From assembly GCF_009914755.1 (NCBI RefSeq), contig NC_060928.1: a DNA stretch of 64,000 nucleotides. One strand, written 5' to 3'. This document shows positions 53,711 to 64,000 of the stretch, one piece after another. Under the pieces are notes generated by a model. The model had not been told where the DNA came from. It searched no databases and saw nothing but the letters and a program-made list of their open reading frames with translations. The translations under genes and the position numbers were made by a program. The stretch comes from the human T2T-CHM13v2.0 reference genome, Homo sapiens. Position 1 is the stretch's first letter. Every line of letters starts with the position of its first letter.

Positions 53711-54529
53711 CTGAATGAATAGAATAATCAGGACATTCTTATCTCAATCCAATTACTTATAAATCAAATTTTTGCTGCAAAGTTTATCATCAAGACTTAA
53801 ATTACTTTTATAAAATAAAATAAATACTACTTACACAACTGAAATTAAGTGAAAACAAAGGAAAGAAATTGCCATATATTTCACTGTGTCATGAGAATGA
53901 GAGTCATTGATCTTGGCAGATCTGAAGCATCCTCTCTGCTCTTTAAATGCCAAACTGATAGATTGTCAGGACAAGTGAAAAATATGCCTGAAAACTCATC
54001 AATACCCATATATTACAGGAAGCATTGCCCGCAAAAACAATTATGCTTGAATATGTGATAGAAGTCTTAGTGTATAAAATCCATTATGGCAGAAATTAGA
54101 AATGAGAGGAAATTCCAAGAAGCTTAATTTATTGATTATTATTTTCATGAAGTGAGGGTGTTGGAAGGAAAACAAAACCTTGAGATAATGGAACAGAGAA
54201 GTATAATTAAGAAATATGTATGATGTTTATCAGTTTTAAAGACTACAATGGATCATGATTATAATTAAGTTGAACAACTACCAAAGAATACTCATTGATA
54301 AAATTAATACTTGCCTAAAAAGAGAGTCTCTATCCTTTGGTGAAGAAGAGAAACTGATTTTTATGAACAATAATGATACTGTTTAAGGATAATGCATATG
54401 TGTGACACTATACTAAGCACTCACTCACACTGTGTGATTTAATTTTCTCAGCAATTAATTAAGAACCAGCAATGAGTTAAGAACTCCATTACATAAATGT
54501 TGGGACAAAAAAGGCAAAATAAAAAACTT

Positions 54530-54745
54530 GACCTATTCTAGTATCATCCTGTAGTTTTCATTTATAGCACATTTCCAATTGTTAATTATACACTTAATTA
54601 TATATTTATTTAAGTGTGTATTCATTTTTAAATTATATGTTCCATAAGAAGAGGGATCGTAGATTTAATTTATCTCTACATATCCAGAGTCTGGCTCATT
54701 GTAGGTGCTCAGAATATATGTGTTGAATAAACTTATGAATAAAAG
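54530..54745 (+). mobile_element. L2 3' end
   Basis: TCTGGCTCATTGTAGGTGCTCAGAATATATGTGTTGAATAAA. Confidence 0.7.
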
Positions 54746-56179
54746 AGATGATGTCAGAGTTCCAGCATCTAAATGCAAAGACATTCCATACACTTGCCTC
54801 CCCCAGTGTCTCCCTTTGGGTGAATGTGGAGGGGATGGGTGTTAGGCGTGTGGGAGCAGCAGTGAGATCCCAGAACAGTTAAGGGGAGATTTTTTTAAAA
54901 ATCAAAGGAAGGTGTGACAGGAACTGAATTAAAAGGTTCCAAAAAGAAAAGCTCCAAGATTTAAGATCTTCCCTTTGATACTAATCAATTTATTGAAGAC
55001 TCTTGACAAAGAACAAGAGAAAGAGCAAACAAAACTGATAGGATGGAGCCTGATGCATTAGTCACTTGTCAAAATTTGTTGGTAACTGAAGAGAAAGTAT
55101 GTTTAGCTTCCAAGTCCATTTATAAAAATATGGTTCTCCTGATACTAAAATAACCCCTGGATTCTTCCATAGTAAGGGAAAGGAAAAAATGTAATCATCA
55201 CTTATGTGTGTGCTATTCTGAACTCAGGCTATTTTTTAATTGGAATAAGGTATCAAGTCTCAGCCTTATCATTTTAAAGTAGTAGTTCCCACAAGGTATG
55301 ATTAGGACCATTATTTATAACAAAAAGCAAAAGCTGTAGTCTTATTCTCGCTAGCCAGGAGTGAAATGGTGTTCACTTATCAACAAAACTATCTTTGTTC
55401 TCAAGAAGGTTGAAGTTATTACCCACCAAGGACTGCTTTGCATCTACTTTGAGGAATTAAGACATCAACACCAACTAGAGATGGCACACCATTGTTGTTT
55501 GTGTATATGCTATGTAGATGGTTAGATTTTACATCAAGCCCTGGATTTATTATCTGAGGGCAGATGTGTTTAAAATCCCGCACTATTGGGTATAAGTAAC
55601 TTTGTGGATGCCACACAGCCACTCTAGCTATCCATTTTCTCATGTCAGAGACAGAATGATAATTCCTGACCTATCTCCTGAAGCTACTGGAAAAATCACA
55701 AATGAGGTAAGGGATATAAAAACACCACATAAACCATAAAGTGCACTTTTCATTTTAACATAACCCATCACTCTTTCTTTACATCACTCCATTTAATTTC
55801 TGCATTCAGGTGTCAATTTTCAAAATAGAAAGACAGTCTTATCTTCAGTTGTGTTGGCAGATCCAGCTGAGTAAATGAAGAGTTAGAGCTTGGGAAATGT
55901 GCTCTTCCCTGCAAACAACAACAACAACAAAAACCACAACAGTAATAATGGCTAACATGTATTAAGTGCTTATTCTATCCCAGACGATTTTCTAACTCAC
56001 TGCAGCTGACCTGCAGTAGGACAACTCCATTCTGATATTGGGTCAGGTCATGGGTGAACTAGCATAGGAATGACCAAGAGAACCATTGTGTTTGCCATGT
56101 TCATAGTATAAGAAACTGGTTCTTCAGCCTTCACTAGTTGGAGAAAGGGTACAGAAATATTGTCAGAGTGGGAGGAAAT

Positions 56180-56520
56180 CTTAGCAAACAGTTAATACAC
56201 ATCTTGCCCAAAGAGATGCATATGAATACATATAGCCCTGTTAAATGCTTACATAACCAATGTTTATTTGAGCACCTCCATGTATAAAGAACTTAATACT
56301 TCATGAATCAGTTGCATTCCATTTTTGTATGTTTAACTAATAAAATGTTCCCTTTCTTTGGTATTGTCTTAAAATCTAGCTTCCTGTTGCTTCCATCTAT
56401 TGATTTTAGTTATCCCCTTTGAAGTCAAATAGTAAAACTAAAATAATTATTCCATGTGAGAGCCCTTAAATATTTAAAGACATATGTCATATCTTGGCTA
56501 AGAGTTATTTCCTCATTAAA
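56180..56520 (-). mobile_element. L3/CR1 fragment
   Basis: TTCCATCTATTGATTTTAGTT..TTCCATGTGAGAGCCCTTAAATATTTAAAGACA resembles the CR1 3' region. Confidence 0.55.
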
Positions 56521-57514
56521 ACAAAATAACTACCAACATTATTTTTCTTTTAAGATATAAAATAAAATAAATCTATGTAGATAGTGGTCAGATTCTGCCA
56601 ATGAAATCATAATGATCTACTTTTCATGTATTTAACTTTGAGAAAACCTGGCTATGGGTGCTAGGCAATTACCAAATCAAAGGTTGTTATGGTGAGGAAA
56701 GTCTGAATAAATGTTTAAATCCCAATAACTTATCCCTGATCTTCCCTCCTCCCCTCAAGATGGCAACCTTAAACCAAAGGAGAAAATGCAAAGATTTTGA
56801 TGCTAATTAGGTATGTGAGGTTTACCTCCTCCTTCTCCGATGGTTTGTAAGGCCATTCCAGATACATCAGGATTGTAACCCTAAGTGTCCCACGCCCTAC
56901 ATCAGGAAATGAATTACCTATATTTCAGATACATATGCAGGATACTTCTACTTTCTATATCTTTACTTATAGGGAGCTGTGATCCCAAACCCTACTAAAG
57001 GCATCCCAGACCACAGCAGAGGTACTCTAAAAAAATTAGCTGGTAATGGAAGGAACAATAACAATACATTATACCCTAACTGTAATTGAAATCTACTCTG
57101 TCTCTAGAGAATATTGTCAGATACCTAGCCAAGAATGGGATTTTATTTTCTAATTGTGTAAATGTTCCTATTTTTTTTGTATATCATAGTATTTGTAATT
57201 AGTAATAAGTCACTACGACATAAGGATTCTGCAACCATCACTTGGATTATTCCTCAATATTTAAATTCAGAGACACAGCAGGCCTGGTAGAACTAATCAC
57301 CTTTTCATCCATTCAGAAGCAGATGAGTATCTCCTACTCTGAGCCTGGTGCCATGGTGAGCACTGGGAATAGAGATAAAAGAAAGTCAAATCATATGGAA
57401 ATGGAAATAATGCAATAGTGAGAAACGAAAAGAAGAAACCAGATTACTATAAAATAGTCTAAGTAATCAGTTAGGATATCCTGGACTCAGTGCTGTAGGG
57501 GCACAAAAATGGAG

Positions 57515-57515
<1 letters not shown>

Positions 57516-57555
<40 letters not shown>

Positions 57556-57724
57556 TATATAAGTACACATGTATCTATACAGATACATATATACATATAT
57601 GTATCTATACAGATACATATATGTATAGATACATATATATGTGTATAGATACATATATACATGTACATATACACATGTATATATATACATGTGTATGTAT
57701 ATATGTACATATATATATACATGT
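57516..57724. repeat. Compound (TA)n/(TACA)n/(TAGA)n microsatellite within an L2 remnant
   Basis: (AT)15 at 57521-57550 followed by about 170 bp of mostly alternating purine-pyrimidine units. Confidence 0.95.
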
Positions 57725-58681
57725 TCAGGGTCGGAGAAAAGGATAGTAAGGCAAGGGTTCTAGAGAAGGTAATAGCTAAGCTGAGCCTTAAAGGGCAAAA
57801 AAAGCATATGAGGCATAGTCTAGACCACAATCTAACTGGGGAAGCAAGAAATAAAATATTAATGCAAAAGGGTTGAATTGGATAAGCAGACTAAATACTG
57901 TAAGCAAGGAAAATAAGAAACAAGAAGCTACATTTAAGAAGCAGCTGCTTCTCTGTATTTCGAACTATGTATGAGGTTTAAATAGTCAAAGGACAGAAGG
58001 CAAATTATGCTTCCTTTAATTCTCTCTTATAGTCCCCAATTTTATTCCTTCATGACACTCTTCACAAGTGAGTAATAACTTATTAAAAACTGTCCCCCCT
58101 TCTAAGCTGTAAATTACAGAGGATAGGGACCAAGTATGTTTTTTTCTCCATTGCATTGCTGCCATTAATTGAGTAGTTCTCACCACCAAGCACCTGTTTA
58201 GTTAATATTTGTTAAATAGTTGAAGAATTAGATTAATGAATTGAATTTCATAAGATGCTAGAAAAGTAAGATGTTTTATAAGATATTCATGGTTTGGTTT
58301 AGTGATGATGCCATGTAAATTAAAAATAAAATTTGGAAGGAGCAACTAGAATTAAGGAAGGGCAAATCAGAGGGTAGGAAAAGATTACTATTAGCATTTC
58401 CAGCAAAATTTAGAGCTTGTATTGTCTTGATGTTTTAGTATAAAAGTGGTATTATGAAAAAAGTATATTAAAGGATTAACTGGGTTCTGTGAGCCAAAAA
58501 AACTAGAGGAGGAGTGAATAGCTAGGTGAATAGCTAGGCAGCTGGTGTCTCACTCATTCTGGTTGGAAAGGGATGAAACCTATTCTAAAGTGTTTTCAGT
58601 AGGTGTGGGAAGGGAAGAAAAGAATAGCTATCAAGGAATCAATTGTTTGTGAATAGGATGGCATAGACCTTATTTGGCAAG

Positions 58682-58858
58682 AAAGAACAGCTACATAATT
58701 TGCTGTGTCTGGGGAAAAATAGATTGCAGGGCCCCTTGTTTAAAGAGTATGAATAATCTCAAGACTGTGACACAAGAGGCTAAAATAAGGGTGGGGTCCT
58801 TCTAAGTATGTGGCCCTTTGCAACCAGACAGGTTGTATATCCATGAAGCTGGCCGGTT
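58682..58858 (-). mobile_element. MER45A hAT-Tip100 MITE
   Basis: GCTACATAATTTGC..TGCAGGGCCCCTTGTT..CCATGAAGCTGGCC matches reverse MER45A. Confidence 0.78.
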
Positions 58859-58999
58859 GTCAGGAATCTCATATAAAGAAAGGAGGAAAGAAGAAAGCAA
58901 AGAAAGGATGAATGAAGGGAGGAAGAAAAAATAAAAGGTTTAGGGATGTTTATTTCAGCATATACTGAAGTTGTGTGACATAGATATACATATATTAAA

Positions 59000-59640
59000 A
59001 ATAACCTTTAATTGTATGGTGTATCATATCTCCTAAGTTTAATATGTGATCCCAATGGGTCATTACTATCTTCAATGCACAGTACATGTTATTAGTTTAT
59101 TGTTTTGTAGAGAAGGGAACTAGACAACATGTTTGGACCAGTGTATCAGTAAGGCTATGCTTATAGACAAAACTGATCCTCTCTCTCTCTTAAAATTAGG
59201 TCTTATAATTTTAAGCTACATAATAGAAACAATGTCCAAGCAAGGCAGGTAAGTATCCCATTAATCTGCTGAATATTTCTCAGTGCAGAACCACTACGTC
59301 TATGTATTAATACTTAGAAATGGGTAAAACACACAAGAACACTATACCTTGTCAAGAGGAGGAGACTAATTCAGGTATTTAGATGTTTGAAAAATGTCTT
59401 ATATAAAGAAAAGCTAAAAAAAATTGACAATATTTAACAAAGAAAAAGGAAGGAAATATGGGACAAATAGTGCCTGCATTTATTGAAGGATTACTCAGAG
59501 AATCTAAAATCATTTGAGCTACCCTAATAGGTGTCATAAAAAACAAGGAGGAACGTTATAGGAATGAACATTTTACTTCTGTATTAGGAAAACCTTCTGC
59601 CAGTATGAGGTCAAAAAAGAAAATGGCCTATTCACAACAA
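59000..59640 (+). mobile_element. Decayed L3/CR1 fragment
   Basis: TGTCTTATATAAAGAAAAGCTAAAAAAAATTG..TATTAGGAAAACCTTCTGCCAGT resembles the CR1 ORF2 3' region. Confidence 0.45.
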
Positions 59641-61450
59641 TTTTATTTTTACCTGTGTAAAGAAAAATTGTGAAATATTTTGAAATAGACCAAAAGAAAA
59701 CACAAAAACAAAACAAAACAAAACAAAAGCCACTGGCTATCCTGTGTGATGCAGCCTTTTGGGTATCTCAAGCTTTTATTGTCTTTGAGATATTTTGTAA
59801 CTACGTAAATTAAAAAAACTGAAAATAATGCAAATCACTTTTGTCTATTGCAGTGCAAATTTGTGGTGTCTAAATTATGATTGCCCTATAACTCCTTTTG
59901 GATGTACGTGTAAATTCTTTTTAGCATTCTAGATTTGCCTAGAATGTGTGGTTCTTTGAGAGTCACTTTGAATCAATTATAATATCTTACTGGTGACTTC
60001 AGTAATTCTGGAGTTAAATAAAATTTTTGAGATGTGCATTTGTTCTATATTTGTATGAGAGTCTTGATTTTACCTTTAAAAACCTTTATCTTTTAATACT
60101 TGCAAGTGTGCAATTAAAGCAAGTTATTTTAACATCTATCAGAAACATTCTGAAAGAGATTCCTGAATTTGTAGCAGACTGCACTAAAATATTCTCAAAG
60201 GCACCTTTTAACTCTGATAATGTCCAATATATGAAGAAAAGGAATTAACAGAAAGAATAAATTGTTCTAATTGAATGACTTGGCGAAGGGAGGCACCATT
60301 GAAAGCCACAAATACAGTTCTACGGTGCTGCATTGGAAGTTGTCTGTAAGTGAATTCAGACTTACTGAGACCAAAGTGATAGAGGGATAGTCATGGGAAA
60401 ATATACTGGAGTAACAGAATTCAGGCTGAATTCTGGATGACAAAATCAGGGATCTGACTTAGAAGTCATTGACAGAGAGAAGCATTGAAATTATCACTAT
60501 GACAATTATGCCAAGAAAAAGGAAGGGAAAAATCAGCAAAGAGATAACATCTGTTTTTTTGTGAAATCCTCAGAATGTGGCTATTGTTGGAGAAGAGAAG
60601 AGTATTTATTCTTTGACACAAGTTTCCATCTTGGTAACTATGGATCATGGATGTCTCATTTTTTTCTCTGTAACAATGCAAGAGAACAAACAACATATAT
60701 AAGATATCTCGTTTGGTTATTTTAAGTATTCCATCATAGAAAGTATTGACTTACCTTTTAATTTCTCATTTTATTCTCACAAGTTTTCTTAGACAAAACA
60801 GAAATTATCATTGATTGGTTGGAGTTTTAAAAGACCTGGATAATTTTGTTAAGGTTGATCATCACTATTATGCACAAATAATTTAAACAGGTACTTTGGC
60901 TTCTTGAGAATGGAGCTCTCAGTAATTTTGTTCATAGTTGTTTGTATTCCAAGAACTCCTGAATCCAACCCCATGATTGAATTCAACATCATTGTAAGGC
61001 ACGTGCTTATAAGAAAGCTGCATATTTAATCTTCTATTTCTTTGAAAGAGGTGAAAGTATAATTCTAGCAAGACAAATATGCAGGCCTAATTGATAATTT
61101 TTATTTCTATATAGAGATTCAACAAGAGCTAAGGTGTCATAGAGGAAAGTCACTGAAAGAGCTGACTAGCACATAAAATATTTTTTTTGGTGTTTGAAGC
61201 GAGAAAGGAAGAAACAACAATCTATGATTAGAGTGCCCCTTAGTTTCATTTCAAAGAGCATGAGGCTCTCATGGCTGTATGAGGCCTCCACTAAAATAAG
61301 ATGAATGGGAAGGAAAAACTTATGAGTTTATTGAAATTGCAATATTACAATTTGCCAAGAGTTCTGATCTATGATGTCCAGTGGTTTTCCAACTCCTTGG
61401 ACTCCTTCTAAAATGCTGCATTGCATATATTCATTCTGCAATTTAAATAA

Positions 61451-61452
61451 TG

Positions 61453-61497
<45 letters not shown>
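61451..61497. repeat. (TG)n microsatellite, one interruption
   Basis: Seen directly. Confidence 0.95.
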
Positions 61498-61499
<2 letters not shown>

Positions 61500-63246
61500 C
61501 TTAACAGAGTGAAAAAAAAAAGTCCTGCTACTCCATAGATACCAGGGCAAGGAGCAGAGTGTTTGTGTACACACATTGGACTGTAAAAATCAAGAATAAA
61601 ATTCTTAACTTATGCTGCCACTTCTGGGCTGAATGCCCATTGCTGGTTAAATTTACCCTAAAATTGCAGGAATTAAAAATGTGATCCGTTTATTATCTCT
61701 GAAAGAGCAAAGACAGAGTGGGAACCTCCGAGTGGTTTTGTGGTCGGAGTGCTCTGCTCTTCTGCTGACAGCCTGTCAGTGCCCTGTTCCTTTCTCATCC
61801 TTAATTAGAATTCTCGGATTCTGAGGTTGCCGTCTGTACCACATTTGCCACTGTGGTCCCCGGACCTGGCACAAACACGGCTCACCTCGTCCTCATAAAA
61901 TGACTCATTACCTTCTCCAGCTGTTATCTATTAGCACTGCAGATTTTGCACCAATTTCCATGCCAAGTCATCTCTCCCACCCTCCTTATTGCCCCACAAC
62001 CTACTGGAGCCAGCTGGTGAGAATTCCCACACCTTGTTTAAGAGGACATTTTCTTGACACATCAAGACAGATGCATGCCCTTAAGTGCACCTATACCAAG
62101 ACCTGAAACAGGATAATTTGTCCAGTTCTCAGTCACAGATATTTTGAAAAATCTAGTTCCATAGCAGCATTAATGCCATGTCAACATTTGAGACAAATAG
62201 TGCAAGAATTGTCTGTTACTGAGTGAGCCATTACTCAGGCTGTTCTCATCTGAAGAATCTTTGCATTTAGTGTGTTCAAGCTAAAACAGGAATCATTTGT
62301 GTTCAAAATTACTTCTGAACACCTACCAGCCAACATAATTTGCTTACTTAGTATACCTTGGGGCCTGCATGTATGTAGGAAATGGAGCTAGGAAATGAGA
62401 CTTGTGAACAAGCTGAAAGGGAAAAAAAACAGGTTACCTTGAAAGATACAATACCAAATTTCTTGTAATTTAAAATAACTCCTCAACAGCAACAATGTAA
62501 AGAAAGACAGTTGCTGTGTTCTGTGAAGGAAGCTGTGCTCTCAGATTTATATGTTCCAACTCATGGCATCCTGAGTTACACCATATGTTAGGATATTATT
62601 ATAGAGTTTAGAGATATAGAAATAAACAATTCAATATTTTTGAAATGAGCTATTGGCCAAAAGTACAAAATCTTTTAATGAACAACAACAAAAGCAACCA
62701 ACGACAAATAAGGGAGAATAGCATAATAGTTATGACCAAAGGTTTTGGGCTGGAAAAATACATCTGCTTAATTTCATAACACTTTTGAGCAATTCTTAAC
62801 TTTTATGAGAACAATAATAATATGCAGGGCTGGTGGGTAGATGATATAAGATGTAAAATTCTCAGGGCAATACTTGGCTCTATAGTAAGTCTTTGGTAAA
62901 TAGAAACCAGCATTAGAAATTATAATGGGGAGGAGGGATGAAGGTAGGAGGGAAGAGAGAGTAAAACATAGTCAATAATCAATCAATCAGAACAGAGCAG
63001 AATGGCTTAATTTGATCTCAGGAAGAAAAATGCTGCTCAGAGATAAAGATAATTTAAAAATTACATGCAACAAAAAATTGATGGAAGCGTCTACATGAAA
63101 ATTTAAAACTTCTGCACATAAGAACAAACCACATTTCTTAATCCATGTGTTAAATGTGGCACAATGGAAGTATACTGTCTCAGGGTTTCCTTCAATTTGG
63201 AATATTAATATTTAGAATCAACATTTGGCACATTCCATTTGGAATA

Positions 63247-63314
63247 TTATGTTGGTGCAAAAGTAACTGTGGTTTTGGTCATGAAAAGTAATGGCAAAAA
63301 CCACAATTACTTTT
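63247..63314. mobile_element. MADE1 (Hsmar1-derived mariner MITE), right TIR cut by an L1
   Basis: TA|TTATGTTGGTGCAAAAGTAACTGTGGTTTT..AATGGCAAAAACCACAATTACTTTT. Confidence 0.9.
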
Positions 63315-64000
63315 TTTAAAAAAATTTATTATACTTTTTATACTTTAAGTTCTGGGATACGTGTGCAGAATGTGCAGGTTTGTTACATAGGTATACATGT
63401 GCCATGGTGATTTACTGCACCCATCAACTTGTCATCTAGGTTTTAAGTCCCACATACATTAGCTATTTGTCCTAATGCTATCCCTACCCTTGCACCCCAA
63501 CCCTCTGACAGGCCCCAGTGTGTGATGTTCCCCTCCCTGTGTCCATGTGTTCTCACTGTTCAACTCCCACTAATGAGTGAGAACATGAGATGTTTGGTTT
63601 TCTGTTCCTGTGATAGTTTGCTGAGAATGATGGTTTCCAGCTCCGTCCATGTCCCTGCACAGGACATGAACTCATTCTTTTTTATGGCTAAATAGTATTC
63701 CACGGTATATATGTGCCACATTTTCTTTATCCAGTCTATCATTGATGGGCATTTGGGTTGGTTCCAAGTCTTTGCTACTATGAATAGTGCTACAGTAAAC
63801 ATGAGTATGCATGTGTCTTTATAGTAGAATGATTTATAATCCTTTGGGTATACACCCAGTAATGGGATTGCTGGGTCAAATAGTATTTCTGGTTCCAGAT
63901 CCTTGAGGAATGCCACACTGTCTTCCACAACGCTTGAACTAATTTACACTCCTACCAACAGTGTAAGAGCATTCCTATTTCTCCTCTTCTTCTCCAGCAT
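63311..64000 (-). mobile_element. L1PA (L1PA7/8-like) 3' end, runs off the window
   Basis: L1 3' UTR and ORF 63560..63928 (FLKDLEPEILFDPAIPLLGVYPKDYKSFYYKDTC..) = L1 ORF2 C-terminus. Confidence 0.96.

Noticed and set aside
57471-57876. Several overlapping Y/I/C/M-rich ORFs (also the IPFHS ORFs at 50292..50539 and 3245..3511)
   Set aside because: Artefacts of microsatellite translation.
50735-60760. Isolated strong splice donors (GAG|GTAAGT near 50745, CAG|GTAAGT near 59249, minus-strand AAG|GTAAGT near 60755)
   Set aside because: I could not pair them with convincing acceptors and open frames; such sites are expected by chance.

Overview
AT-rich, CpG-poor primate (human-like) non-coding DNA, either intergenic or deep intronic. 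I found no credible protein-coding gene, RNA gene or CRISPR array. Many of the listed ORFs derive from Alu, L1, LTR or microsatellite sequence, and none of the rest resembles a protein I recognise. The window is a dense fossil record of mobile elements: 10 full-length Alus (many with visible TSDs) plus a 17-bp Alu end at base 1, two 3' L1PA fragments, many solo LTRs (THE1D, MST, MLT1, MLT2A1, MER41B, a MER4-group ERV1 LTR), DNA transposons (Arthur1-like hAT with a transposase remnant, Tigger4, MER20, MER45A, Charlie4a, MADE1) and old MIR/L2/L3 pieces. The most interesting structure is at 12.6-14.6 kb. A MER41B LTR nested in an MLT1 LTR has had its tandem-GAS (STAT1) segment copied 540 bp upstream, giving four TTCnnnGAA sites. 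An L1 insertion also deleted the LTR's poly(A) signal, and a 9-bp duplication adds two more GAS motifs nearby. This is a candidate transposon-built interferon/STAT enhancer. A second local copy-paste event duplicated about 331 bp (44470-44800 vs 47284-47615, about 93% identical). Repeat subfamily names come from my recollection of consensus sequences, not from a database run, and the coordinates of old repeats are approximate.
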